The notes under the pieces: model-generated
Told to the model about the DNA's origin: nothing
Database searches by the model: none
What the model saw: only the letters and a program-made list of their open reading frames with translations
Origin: Trypethelium eluteriae
Lineage: Eukaryota
Assembly: GCA_051942245.1 (NCBI GenBank)
Contig: JAVECL010000050.1
Coordinates: 1-64,000 of the forward strand
DNA: 64,000 bases
Reading direction: 5' to 3'
Part shown: positions 1 to 11,880 of the stretch, piece by piece
Layout: each line of letters begins with the position of its first letter
Numbering within the stretch: position 1 is the stretch's first letter
Position numbers and translations under genes: made by a program

Positions 1-523
1 AGACAGGTAGTGGGAGCTGCTCTTGGGGAGGGTTTTTGGAGTTCAGCCCTACGGCATCCGCGCTGTCGTTTATTCTAGGTACCTAGTACGGAGGTTTAAG
101 AGCTGTGCCTGATCGTCACTGGGCTTATTTCAGCGTGCATCGGAATTGCCATGTGCGGACTCAGCTTATCCACACAACTGTTGTCTGAGTACGCTCATGC
201 TAATCGTCATTTTCTGATTGGAGATGAAGCTCGCGTTCACATGCCTTGCTGCGATCGCAATTAGAAGCGTATCATCTCGACCTAGTGACCTGCCTAGAAG
301 TTTTGATATGAGCTCGCGGCCCGCACCGGCCCACGCGCAGAAATTACTAGGCAAGGTTGTTGGTAGGTACTCATGGTAGTCATGGTACTGTACTCCCTAC
401 TCCGTACCTGACGTGCATTCAGCCGCTAAATGCTACTTATCCCAACCTCTATTGGTCTCTAAGTTCCATTGCCTTGTCCAAAACAATCTCCAATTTCCCC
501 CAAACTCCGCCCAAATGCAGGCC

Positions 524-1730
524 TTAGTGTCTCAGTGGATCCCCGTCTTCCCCGTCTCCTACTTTAAACACATCCTGAGCATCATCATCCTCGCTGAAAT
601 CATCCCGGTACTCCTGTTCCTCGAACTCATTAGTGTGAAGTGAAATGTCGTCATCCCTGCGAAGACCGACCCCTGCCTCCTCATCGTCCAGCGCGTCCGT
701 AAAACCGGGCCCCACCGAACTCGAGTGAGACCCAGTCCTGACATGCTGCGCTTCCTCAGCCTCAAGCTCCTGGGCTCGAGCGCCGACTTTGCGATACATC
801 CACCAGCCGGTCACGACCCCTGCGATGCCTCCGATGGCCATGCCACTATAGCTGGCAGCTTTGGCACCAGCACTCATCTTGTCCCCGTGTTCGGCGAGGG
901 AACCAAGTTGGCTGCCAACGAAAACGTGAATCAGCAATTTGGGGGTCACGGCAGCTGTTGCGATGGCGAAATCTCTGACGTTGACGCTTGGGATGGTAGA
1001 AATGGCACCGTTGGATAAAGAATAAGGAAGAGGACACAAGCGTATCATGCAAAGGAGCTTTAGACCATCATGCTTTAGTACAAGGGATAGTGCGGCGAAT
1101 CGTTTGTCATTCTGTGTCATTCGTTGGACGAATCCAGAGAGGACAGTACGGGAGACGACGAAAGATGCTGCTGAGCCGACTACCGTGGCCGAAGCAACAA
1201 TGAACCATCTGAGACCTCGGTAAGCAGGTGTATCGGGGGATATTCCATGATCAGTGTGGAACATACCCATGTAGACCGTAGACAAAGCCAGCAAGAGTGA
1301 CAACCGTCGAATATCCAATCAGAGGAGGAAAGGATACGGTAAAGGTGAGAGCCCAAATGATCAGCCATCCGCCCGTGATATTTCTCCATCTTTCCGCTAC
1401 TGGACCCAGCCAAGCAAATATCTTTTTATTGTAGATGAGAAATAGGATGCCTAAGACTATTGTAGCAATGCCGGCAATAACAAGCAACACCTTTTGCAGG
1501 GCTGTGAGCTTGCCGTAAGTCTTGAACGCTTGCCTCTGTAGCTTGTCCGCTGAATGCATCATACGTTGTCGAAATGTCTTAGGTGCCTCGCCAAACGATG
1601 TGGACCTCGCACGGATTGGATTCGTTGGTCTGATCCAGGCTGGACGATTTCTCTCCTCTTCTGTCGATAATCTTGGGTCGTCGATGGGAAGGGCAAGCGC
1701 CTGAGCAGTCGACTGGTAATCCGCAGGCAT
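524..1730 (-). CDS. TVP38: Golgi membrane protein TVP38 (SNARE-associated, VTT/DedA-like domain), 2 exons
   Basis: ATG at 1730 (MPADYQST...); intron 1266-1209 (GTATGT...CTCAG) joins the two minus-strand ORFs; motifs FPPLIGYST..LAGFVYG, MIRLCPLPYSLSN and PKLLIHVFVGSQL; acidic C-terminal tail. Confidence 0.9.
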
Positions 1731-2292
1731 CTTGTGATCTCCTATTCGTCTCAGACTCGGATAGCTTTTCTTGGAAATTCTCACTGCTCAACAGCAAGAT
1801 ACTGTCAAGACAGATTGGTCGGGCGTCGGTTTAAGGGAAGGGCGCAAAGGACGGAAGCTGACGGATAATGGAATGGTAGGGTATGGATCTGTCAACAATC
1901 CATTGGAGCAGAATGACTTCCAGTGATGGCAGTCCCTTTGGACAAATGAGAGAGAGAGAAAAAACGATAGATAGCCAACCAAGAATCTAAGGCGGTAGGA
2001 TAAAGATTATGAGGGCTTTAGAACAGGGCAGGTTGTTCAGGCTGCGGCGCATCGTCGACGGTGTTGGAGGTTGAGCCATTTGCGTCAGCCCCGAAGGCCA
2101 AAGCTAATCAAGTGTCGCCGCCCCAAAACACCGCCCCGAGCCACCGGCCTCCGGCCGACAGGACGAAACTCAGCTCAAACGACCATTGACCGGCGCCTTC
2201 AGAACACATGAATTAAGATTGTTTCAATAAAGATGCTGGTGCATGAATGGATATAGGGTCGGTGAATGCCAAATTGTAGATACATGCTGCGC

Positions 2293-3961
2293 TCATCCAG
2301 CCTCGTGTTCAGATTCAAACCCAAAGCTGAACACAGCATCATCCTCATCCTGCTTCTTTACAGCTGCTTGCCAAGAAGTTTTCTTTATCCCCTTGGAACT
2401 CTTTTTGTTTGCAGAAACTTCAAGTAATCCCGGAAATTGCTCTTCCAACTTCTGGCTGAAAAGCATGAAAGGATCCACCACATCTTTGGGGAAACCGCTA
2501 ATTTGATCTGGCTTGGTGCGAAGAAATTCTAACACCTCCCTGAGTTTAGATTCCGGAACAAAATTCTGCGTTATAGCGATGCTAGGCTCTAGGTTCACGA
2601 CGAGATGATAATATCCTGAGGGCACGTGAAGTACTTCGCCTGTACTACAGATGCCTTCGATACAGCCTGGTGTCGCGCGCGCTTCTGCGTGAAAGCCAAG
2701 CAACCACTCTGCGATGCTCAAGGGAGAGGTGACCTCTGACTGATCTGAGGAGACAAATACGCCTGGCGGAGGTGGCAGAGAGGAAGACGATGGGAACATA
2801 ATCCAGTATTTCGAGCCTCGTAAAACGGCATTCCATGCACTTGTACCATTGGGATCCTTGTGAAACGTGCTGCCACTCCTCTCAGGTCCAACAATGAGCC
2901 AGCGACAGTCCGGGCGTTGCTTCCCAAGGACAGCGAAGAGATCTTCACCGAAGCAATCAGGGATCCAGTACGAAGAGTCAGGTGTGTCTTTTCCGACCTC
3001 TATTCCCATCTTCTCCACGAACCTACTGTCGAAAAGGTAGAGAGGGCTTTCATCCTTGGAGTTTTCCATGTAATCCGCGTAAGTCTTTAGAGGCCAATCG
3101 ACGGCCTCCGCGCGAAAGACCACATGACCGTATTTTCGCAGTAAACCCTCGGTCGACCAGTTACGGTAAATAGGCCAGGATTTCACAGGCTCTGTAAGAA
3201 TGAAGGGCTCCCCAGTGTAACTCTCCGCAAATTCCTCTCTTGAGAGATCATCGAACCGTTTGATTTCATTTCGAGCAGGAATGTTGGAGATGAAAGGATC
3301 GAGTGGGATATGAGCACAGTGGAAAGGGCGGTGGATCGTGTCAGAGAACAAGCCCAGGCATGGTATTTCAGGCTCTCGCGTAGCTGGTCTACCCAAAAGT
3401 GTGGAACGCCATGTACCCTGCCAAGTCAACGAGGTAGGAGAAGATCTAGGAAATCACGTCAACTCCGGAAATTGAGCTACAAATACTGGTTGCTATTGCG
3501 CCCTGACGGAGTGAAGGGGTCTGATGTTCCCGAGAGATCTAGCTATTTGGCCAATTACGAAAGAAAAATCGGAGAAAGGAGTCAAAGGAAGCAAGTATCG
3601 CTTACTCTATCAGTAGAGCTTTCCACAGCTCTTCAGCCCTTGAGAATGCGTGGATCGCCTTGCAAGTCGCTCCCAATCTGAGCAACTCTGGCGCCTCTAG
3701 ATATTCCAGCATTTGAAGCAGTGTTTCATCAGGCAAAATAGCAAACCAGCCTGCATTGGACTTGATATTTCTCGTACTAGTGTAGGCATTTCCTGAAGGT
3801 CTGACTCCCAGCGGATGAGATGGGACGGCTAAGGATTTGTCTTTGGCTTCATCCAGTCTTACTGGATGTGACTCATACTTTACTCGTTTTGATGGATGGT
3901 CCGTCTCCAATTCGCTCTGACTGGCCACACGATGTTCTACAGGATAAGATGATTGAGTCAT
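2293..3961 (-). CDS. F-box and JmjC-domain protein (JMJD6-like 2OG/Fe(II) oxygenase), 2 exons
   Basis: Exon 1 has HPLGVRPSGN and F-box LPDETLLQMLEYLE..L..LGATCK; intron 3605-3446; JmjC with PLYLFD, GPERSGSTFHKDPNGTSAWN (HxD) and VPSGYYHLVVN (distal His). Confidence 0.9.
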
Positions 3962-4473
3962 GCTTCCGAACCAGTGGGTGCCAAGCTGAAGCAGCTCAAG
4001 TCAGACCGAGGGCGGAATGACGTGTCATCGCCTGAGGTTGGAATTATTGTCGCGATTGTAAATTATTATCGTTGAGGACATGAGGAGAGTGATCGAGTGG
4101 TGGTACGGGTGGGTGGGTGGCACTGGTGTTTTGCTGTGGCGTCTGGCGTACCGCAACGACCGCTTGCCACAGGTGCTTGTGGTCTGTGCGCTGGCGAAAC
4201 TTTTTGCTTCCTACGGTACTAATTCATCACTCGGGCGCGAAACTTCGTCCTCAATCCACATTTCACCTGGATCAACCAAAAACAAGTCAACCTTTTCCCC
4301 TATATACATCAATCGGCTCTCATCCTTGGGAGTCCCACCCTCTAGTTTTAGATACAAAAACCCCTTTCAAACACCGGCGCTGCTCTCTAAGCGTCACCGC
4401 CGCTTTCCCCACGTCAACTCTCCATTAAGACCACGGCACTGTGTCTGTGGTCTCCTAAATTCCAACCGCAATC

Positions 4474-5884
4474 ATGGCTGATGCTAAAGGCCTCGAGGAG
4501 GTCCCAGAGGGTAAGTGAATCGCTTTCATTCGATATGCTGCGACCGCCACCGCTGCGACGATAGCCTTAGATGAATTTTCTCAGCTAGAGACAATTCTGA
4601 TACTTCAATCTGTATAGGTCAAATCGAGTCGAATTACGATGAGACGACTGATTCCTTCGATGCGATGAATCTTCGCGCCGAACTCCTGCGTGGCGTCTAT
4701 GCATATGGCTTTGAACGCCCCTCTGCCATCCAACAGCGTGCTATCATGCCCGTCATCAAGGGTCAGTAAACCTTCTCCTCAGATCTATGGCCTCAGCTGA
4801 TATGCTGCGTACAGGCCATGATGTGATTGCGCAGGCTCAGTCTGGTACCGGAAAGACCGCCACCTTCTCCATCTCTGTCCTACAGAAACTCGATCCCAAC
4901 CAGAAGGCTTGCCAGGCTCTGATCCTGGCTCCTACTCGCGAGCTTGCTCAGCAGATACAAAAGGTCGTGGTGGCGATTGGTGACTTCATGAATGTCGAGT
5001 GCCATGCCTGTATCGGCGGCACCAGTGTTCGCGACGACATGAAGGCTTTGCAGGAGGGACCGCAAGTCGTAGTCGGCACGCCCGGCCGTGTCCAAGACAT
5101 GATTCAGCGACGAGTCTTGAAGACGGATGCTATGAAGATGTTCGTTCTCGATGAGGCGGACGAGATGCTTTCCCGCGGCTTCACTGAACAAATCTACGAT
5201 ATCTTCCAACTGCTTCCCCAATCTACCCAGGTCGTCCTCTTGTCTGCTACCATGCCCCAGGATGTGCTCGAAGTGACCACCAAGTTTATGCGTGACCCAG
5301 TGCGCATTCTTGTCAAGAAGGCTGAGCTTACACTTGAGGGTATCAAACAATTCTACATTGCCGTTGAGAAGGAAGACTGGAAGCTGGACACACTTTCCGA
5401 TCTGTACGAGACCGTCACCATCACTCAGGCTGTTATCTTCTGCAACACCCGTAGAAAGGTCGACTGGCTTACTGATAAGCTGACCTCACGGGACTTTACC
5501 GTATCTGCTATGCACGGAGATATGGACCAAGCTCAGCGTGATGTCATCATGAAGGAGTTCCGATCTGGTTCCTCCCGTGTTCTCATCGCGACCGATCTCC
5601 TTGCTCGCGGTATCGATGTTCAGCAGGTCTCGCTAGTCATCAACTACGATCTTCCTGCTAATCGCGAAAATTACATTCACCGCATTGGTCGCGGTGGTCG
5701 TTTCGGGCGTAAGGGTGTCGCTATCAACTTTGTCACCGCCGAGGATGTCCGTATGATGCGTGAGATTGAGCAGTTCTATAGCACCCAGATCGAGGAGATG
5801 CCTATGAATGTCGCTGGTATGTCATATCCACTCGTCTTTGGATGGAAGAGCGATAGCTAACTTCGTTTGACAGATCTCATCTAA
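4474..5884 (+). CDS. TIF1: Translation initiation factor eIF4A (DEAD-box helicase), 4 exons
   Basis: Exons 4474-4510, 4618-4761, 4815-5816, 5874-5884 (ends NVADLI*); motifs [41 protein letters not shown]. Confidence 0.97.
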
Positions 5885-6574
5885 ACTTGCTACTCTTGTA
5901 GCATGAAGGGGCTGATGCAATCGGCCTCGAAGCTGTCTGTATTTACACTGGCGGCAAAAGCCGAGTTGGTGGGTTGGAAGACAGTGGAAGAATTGATGCA
6001 CAAAAGCTTAGTGAAGTCTTTCATGGATCTCATAGCATTCCGGCGTTGTTGTTCGTATGGGACAACGTGCTCTCACGATGTCTGCAAATATCTAGAGAGG
6101 ACGGGCTGTGCTTTTGTTTGCCTTCTCAGTTTCCTTGCGCTACACCTGCTCTGACCGATGTCTACTTAGGGCGTGTTCCTTTAGTTGGTTATCGTTGCTC
6201 TGTAGTAGGTAGAGCGCGTGCTCAGTTTGTGAACCATCTTAATCGTGTCTATTAGAGAAGCAACTATTCATTTCCTTGGATTCCGTAATTCCTAGATCCA
6301 GTTGACTTGTTTATGTGTTGCGGCTGCTGTTCTGCGGTGTGGAGGCCAAATAAATGTTTTGGTCCATTTGCGTCACATCGGCTGACCCTCGCACTTTCCA
6401 TAACCGAGAATTCGCTCATCACTACCAACCAATGCTGACTTTCTGCATCTCTACAATCTCATGGAGCCTTCGATTTACTCGTAGTGCGCCCTTGTTGTAT
6501 CCTGGTCCGGCGCCCTCTGAACGGTCCCCGGAACTCATTGCAGGTTGGGCCTCTTCCAATGGAATTCTGGGATT

Positions 6575-8071
6575 ATGGTGCCCCGACCAAAGAGCCCCAC
6601 TTCCCTGCTCTGGGCACATGAATTGAAACGACAGCATGAGCATCTGCTTCAGCGTCAGAAGGATCTAGAAATCAGAAACGAGAATCTACAGAAAGCTGTT
6701 GACAAGGCCGAGACATGTGCTCGAGCAGCGAAAGACCAGGCACTCGACCCGGAGCAGTTGTCTACCGTAAATGCGACTCTGAAGGAACAAACCACTCATA
6801 TAGAAACACTCATGAAGCGAGTCGTCACGCTGGAAGCGGGTAAGAGAAAGATGGATGAAGACATGGATAAGGCTTTTGAGAGGGAGACGACAACATTAAA
6901 GAGAATCAACAAATTGGACGTGGTGCAAAAGGAGGCTGGTAATGCTCTGGACGGCTTAGACCTAAAGCTGGACGACTTGGGCGCGAAAGAAATTCAAGCT
7001 AAGTTGCTCGAGATGGAGGCGATCAGTGGAAAGCATGGCGGCCAATTGAAGAACCTTGCGAAAATAGTCCATGAGAATCATCCTTCGCAACAAACCCTTG
7101 TATCATCGTTAATGGAACTGCAACGGAAAATTACGACACTTGAAGCACAGATAGTCCTGGGCCCTCGAAAATCACCGCTCCTATCTCCGGAGTGGAACGG
7201 CGCATCTGAGCAGCCGAACGGCGATGTGCTTGAAGGAGCGCGGAATACTAGCGAGATAATACCAATCTGCGAAATGATACCGAGAAGCGTTCAATCGGCG
7301 GCTGAGCGCCTACCACCAGAAACGTTGCCTGATACTCACAAAGCGAGACACACCGAACATGCTATAGTTCCTAACGATGAGCATGTTTTGACAAGTCCTA
7401 TAGCGAGAAAGCAGAAGATGCAGCCCGGACAAACACCAGTCACTACCAAGGAGCCAAGGGGCAAGAAGCGGCCAGCTCAGGATGACCCAGTACAACAAAC
7501 TCAGCTTCGTCGATCCCAAAGGTTGGCGCGCCAGCTCATCCCATTTCAAGGTCTGGGAGGGGACCCAAAGGATAAAGGGACGACGCATCAGACAGAGCTC
7601 ATCAATTCCGGCTTCCCAAGGGAAGCTCTTGCGGCCAGACAAGCTATGCCTAATCCGAAGGGAGATGGGCAGAGTCATAGCCATTTCAAGACACGAAGAC
7701 CGGTGCTTGTTGAAAGCAAAACAGCAGCAAATCGCAACACTCCAACCTCTTCCACTCTGACTGAGCCTCCGACACCTCTCAAGACACCTGACGCGGATAG
7801 TATCGAATTCTCACGGCAGACGGAGCTTACTGCGCCACCTCGACTACCACGAAGAAAGGCAGACCATCCATTGTCAAGGGCTCGTTGTGAGTCCATTGAA
7901 TTACCGAGGATTCAGCAGGACGCAGGAAACCAGCCTGGACATCCTGAGACACCGCATCATGCGGCAGATCCAAGTCAAAGCCTCAGCAAAGAAGAGAGTT
8001 CTCCTTTTCAGGTACCAACGATCATGCTGCCAGACTACTTGAATCCTCCTGAATGGTTTCGGCCACGATGA
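6575..8071 (+). CDS. Hypothetical protein with N-terminal coiled coil and disordered Pro/Thr-rich C-terminus
   Basis: Uninterrupted ORF of about 500 codons from ATG 6575 (MVPRPKSPTSLLWAHELKRQHEHLL); heptad-like charged helix over roughly the first 200 aa. Confidence 0.7.
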   Translation: MVPRPKSPTSLLWAHELKRQHEHLLQRQKDLEIRNENLQKAVDKAETCARAAKDQALDPEQLSTVNATLKEQTTHIETLMKRVVTLEAGKRKMDEDMDKAFERETTTLKRINKLDVVQKEAGNALDGLDLKLDDLGAKEIQAKLLEMEAISGKHGGQLKNLAKIVHENHPSQQTLVSSLMELQRKITTLEAQIVLGPRKSPLLSPEWNGASEQPNGDVLEGARNTSEIIPICEMIPRSVQSAAERLPPETLPDTHKARHTEHAIVPNDEHVLTSPIARKQKMQPGQTPVTTKEPRGKKRPAQDDPVQQTQLRRSQRLARQLIPFQGLGGDPKDKGTTHQTELINSGFPREALAARQAMPNPKGDGQSHSHFKTRRPVLVESKTAANRNTPTSSTLTEPPTPLKTPDADSIEFSRQTELTAPPRLPRRKADHPLSRARCESIELPRIQQDAGNQPGHPETPHHAADPSQSLSKEESSPFQVPTIMLPDYLNPPEWFRPR

Positions 8072-8268
8072 GGTGCTAGATCGTAGAACCACCTTGCTTT
8101 ATGAAGATCAACACATCTTTTGGTGGACAATTCAAATATGCGCATTTGGCAAGTTGGACCACCCCAAACCTCTGCTCCTATCCACGCAGAAGCTCGCTCT
8201 TTCTATGCCCTTTTCCCGTGATCTTTGCGTAAGGCTACCCAGCCTACAGCAGTCCCCTCCCTCGCTCT

Positions 8269-8597
8269 TCAGAAGCTGGCAAGTGCATGTCGGACTTTCT
8301 CCCTTGCATCAAGCAGCTCTCGACTCAAGTCGTTTTCTTGTAGTGCGACTTTCACAGAGTAGTGCAGCCTCACGATGTCTTTGGCCCTGGACAAATCTGT
8401 ATCAGTCGAGGTATCGGTCTTGGCTGAAGTAGCGGACGCTGAAGAAGTGGACTCTGGTCGTGCGGTAACAAGGGCGAGAGCAGCAGACGGATCCTTGGCG
8501 ATGGTTAGGTTGCACAGAATGAGTCGATGTTTCTGGGAGAGACACTTACGCAGACTCTCAGTGAGGTCAGATCTGAAAGTATCTCGGCAATCTGCAT
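8269..8597 (-). CDS. Small (90 aa) hypothetical protein, 2 exons; absent from the ORF track
   Basis: Exon 1 8597-8550 (MQIAEILSDLTSLRVC), intron GTAAGT...CCTAAC...AAG 8549-8494, exon 2 8493-8269 (DPSAALALV...DLSRAKDIVRLHYSVKV...ELLDAREKVRHALASF*). Confidence 0.8.
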
Positions 8598-8829
8598 GAT
8601 GGAATTGATGTGTTCGCGCTCGAACTCATTGCTTTGCCGAGAAGTCGCTCCGCCAGCCGAGCACTTGCCCAAGTTTGTTCAAGAGCCTTTGCTGGGTTTC
8701 CCCCGCCGCCCGCCGGAAATTTAAAAATGGCCGAAGAAAAGATTAAAATGCCATCATTCTCTTGCTGGAAAGCTCAGTCCCTGTATTATTATTACAAACG
8801 AAATCACCTCTCAGCTTCACAATACCGCG

Positions 8830-9776
8830 ATGGCTTCTAGTGTAGCTGCTGTCAAGGCGAATTGCAAAAAGGTGCCCCTCCAATTCCCTGCGGAACTAGA
8901 CTGAGGTGTGAAGAGCACCCATCTTCAGTCTTGGGATAAACGAAGCTAATACTCAATCGCAGGTCGTGTGCATCGGCAGAAATTATGCGTATGAGCTCCC
9001 ACAGTCCACCTTTGCGAATGCGCTTCATTAAATTAGCAGACAAAATGCAGCGATCATGTCAAAGAATTGAATAACGTCCGTCCGAAACAACCTTTCTTCT
9101 TCCTTAAACCCACATCCTCGATTGTCCTTCCGGGTCAAGGACCGGTCGTTCGGCCAAAAGGCGTCAACCTCCACTATGAAGTCGAGCTCGGCCTTGTCAT
9201 GGGTAAAGAGGTTAAGGACCTAGATCCGACAGATGAACAGGGTGCCATGGACGCCATTGATTGTAAGACTGCTCCTTTGTCACCATTCATCTTCCAAGCC
9301 TGTCCGACATTATATGCGAGAGCCCATCCCTGCTAATCGTTCCACCAGCCTACTTCCTCGGCATCGACATGTCCGCCCGGAACATTCAAGAAGAAGCCAA
9401 AAAGAAAGGCCTTCCTTGGTCCATCAGCAAAGGCTTCGACACTTTTCTCCCGATCTCGCACCCGATTCCCAAGTCCACCATCCCAGACCCTCATAATGCA
9501 CTCATCTGGCTGAAAGTCAACAACCAAGTTCGACAGCATGATAGCACCGAGTTGATGCTGTTCCGGATTCCAAGGCTGGTCAGCGACATCAGTAAGGTGA
9601 TGACGCTGGAGAAAGGGGACCTCATTCTGACCGGGACGCCGAAAGGAGTTGGGCCGGTAGGGACAGGAGATGTGATGACGGCGGGACTAGAGGTTAGTGG
9701 GAAGGAGGTGAAGGAGGCGAGTCTGGAGGTGCCGGTTGTAGATAGCACGAGCTCGTATGAGTTTTCTGAGACATAG
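8830..9776 (+). CDS. FMP41: Fumarylacetoacetate-hydrolase family protein (FAHD1/Fmp41-like), 4 exons
   Basis: Spliced product contains KVVCIGRNYADH, PFFFLKP, LHYEVEL, DMSARNIQ, LPWSISKGFDTF, GDLILTGTPKGVG; introns 8872-8962, 8989-9050, 9263-9348. Confidence 0.88.
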
Positions 9777-10408
9777 TGCGGCTCTCTGTCCAAGGGTCTC
9801 ACTGTGTTCAAGGTCTCGCGATTGCATAGATAGTATTGGTGATCGTTCACTTTACCATTCGCATATGGCTGTCTTTTGCGTGAAGTAGATGAGCAGTATC
9901 CGAGGTTCCTTCATATTTGATTACTTTGAAGCTCTTGAAGTCGTCCCCCGTCTCGTGCGAGCTGTTGTCGAAGTACTGCCGGTGCAGGCGCTCTACTTGT
10001 CCGCAGTCTCACATCCCCGCACATACGGCTCTATAGTCCAAGACCAGGAGGAACCAGAATAAGTTTTCAAACTTTGGGGGAGGCCACGATGCTATGCGAG
10101 TCTTATTCCTCCAGAACAGCTATACAATGACGATGGCAGTAGCGTCATAGGACTCAGACTTTCCATCGCTGACAATGAATTCGCGACCAATTAATTATAT
10201 CATCTGCCGCACTGGACGTCTCCGTCGGTATTGAAATTAGAGACCTGGCCAAGCCTATAGTGAACGAATCATTCTCTGTCGATGAAACAGCCAATCAGAT
10301 AGTAGTCGAGATACTGCGCTTGCCAAGTAATTGGTCAGATATCCTCACCCTTCTCGTCCTAGTAGGCTACTACGCACAGTAATACTTGAGTAAGGATAGA
10401 GGAATGAC

Positions 10409-11223
10409 TTACTTTCTACAAGGATACCATACCAAACCACTAATACCTTGGGATCCTATAAAAGGTCTCAGGGCCGACTCTTTGATCAAGCTTGAGGTAT
10501 CAGGATCTGATACTAATTCCTCCGTTGGCACCAACCATCTCATAGCCGCCCAACCCGTGCTACTAGCTCGACTTTCGCCATGGCCCAGAACGTACTCCAC
10601 GGCTGTCGAATGTACCCCATTTGTGGCTGCAATCAAACCAGCCTTCATGATATTATTATCTACAAGTATCACCGTTCCATGAGTGGTATCCTAGTATACG
10701 CATATGGGAAACTTCCAGGCAGGGCCAACGTTCGCTTTTACCAACATGTCCAACCACTTATGTTCGAACACGAACATCAACCGGGTGGCCAGGCCCGTCC
10801 TTTTGCGTAGCAAGAGATCTTAACTGGGTGTGAAGATCGACCCGATGGACGGAATGAAGTGGTATGCCGTGGATTTCTTCGATATTTCGATAACAATTAG
10901 GAATTACCACTCCCATAGTAGTGCCTTTGATCTGGCTTCCTGCGCCTATACTCACCATCTTTGATCGCATAGGATCAAAGTTCCATGATTGAATTACCCT
11001 TGACGCTTCGGAGTTATCATGATAGCTGCTCCCGTTTCTTGAAGAAGCGATGACTGCTCAAGAATCTCCGATTGTATTATCGACTAATTAATCACAGGTT
11101 TGGGAGAACGGAGGGAATTGGAAGATAAAACAGAAAACAAACCGTGACTTTATGTCTTGCTCGGCGCAAACCGATGCTGGCACTAAGGCCTGCGAATCTA
11201 GCTCCCATAATAATAACTTCCAT
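10409..11223 (-). pseudogene. Degenerate, truncated FAD-dependent monooxygenase (salicylate-hydroxylase/UbiH-like)
   Basis: Fragments in order: MEVIIMGARFAGLSASIGLRRARHKVT (broken GxGxxG), ILEQSSLLQETGAAIMITP, 1-nt frameshift near 11007, ASRVIQSWNFDP..., HRVDLHTQL, LIAATNGVHS (normally ADGxxS), LVWYPCR; no C-terminal GDAAH motif found downstream. Confidence 0.8.
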
Positions 11224-11720
11224 TGTTCTAGTAGATCGCCGCAAGTTTTGGGCCGGGAAATTTGGTAAGAGCCTAAGAGGTGAGAAAAAGAGACGACGAA
11301 CGATAACGAGGAGAGTAGAAGTGAAGAGAAACGAGGTATTGGTGGCTATCAGAAAGATGAAGATGGCAGGATAGGCGGTGGATCGTGTAAGTAGATACGA
11401 GAAGAATGAGGCGTTGGCTAAGATTAATGTAGAGCTCATTAGGGAACTCTTGAATGGGAGAAATGATAGAGTGTACAGCGACGGCAGCTACAACGGCCAG
11501 CAACGTAATTGAGTTCATAATGACGATAAGGATAAGACGCAAGTTAGCTACAGGAATGAAAGGAAATGGCAAAAAGACATGATGAAATAAAGGTCAAAAA
11601 CGTAGACACATGGAGCATAATTACACAATACTCTGCATATCAGATAGCATTTTTTATCCCGCACGCTATCCTCTATTCCGTACCCTTAATTCTGTCCGAG
11701 GAGAGTAGACTAGTTCACTC

Positions 11721-11880
11721 GCTAAGATGTTCCTTTTCTACTGCACAGACGGGATTCCAAAAGCCTCGCCGTACATTTCAGCAACTGAACAGCCATCTTA
11801 GCAGCTGTTCAGATAGCTGCAGAGACAAGTGCCGCGATGGCTGCTAAGGTGGCTGCTGAGGCGGCTGCTGAGGTGGCTGG
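11721..11880. repeat. Short direct and inverted repeat cluster upstream of the PKS
   Basis: CAGCCATCTTAGCAGC (11790-11805) is the reverse complement of GCTGCTAAGGTGGCTG (11840-11855) at 15/16; CTGAACAGC/GCTGTTCAG 9-bp inverted pair (11785-11812); about 3.5 tandem copies of the 12-mer GGCTGCTRAGGY (11839-11879). Confidence 0.7.

Noticed and set aside
4080..4481. 133-aa and 103-aa plus-strand ORFs upstream of eIF4A
   Set aside because: They lie in the divergent promoter and pyrimidine-rich leader of eIF4A, have no recognisable protein features, and the true ATG (4474) is in another frame.
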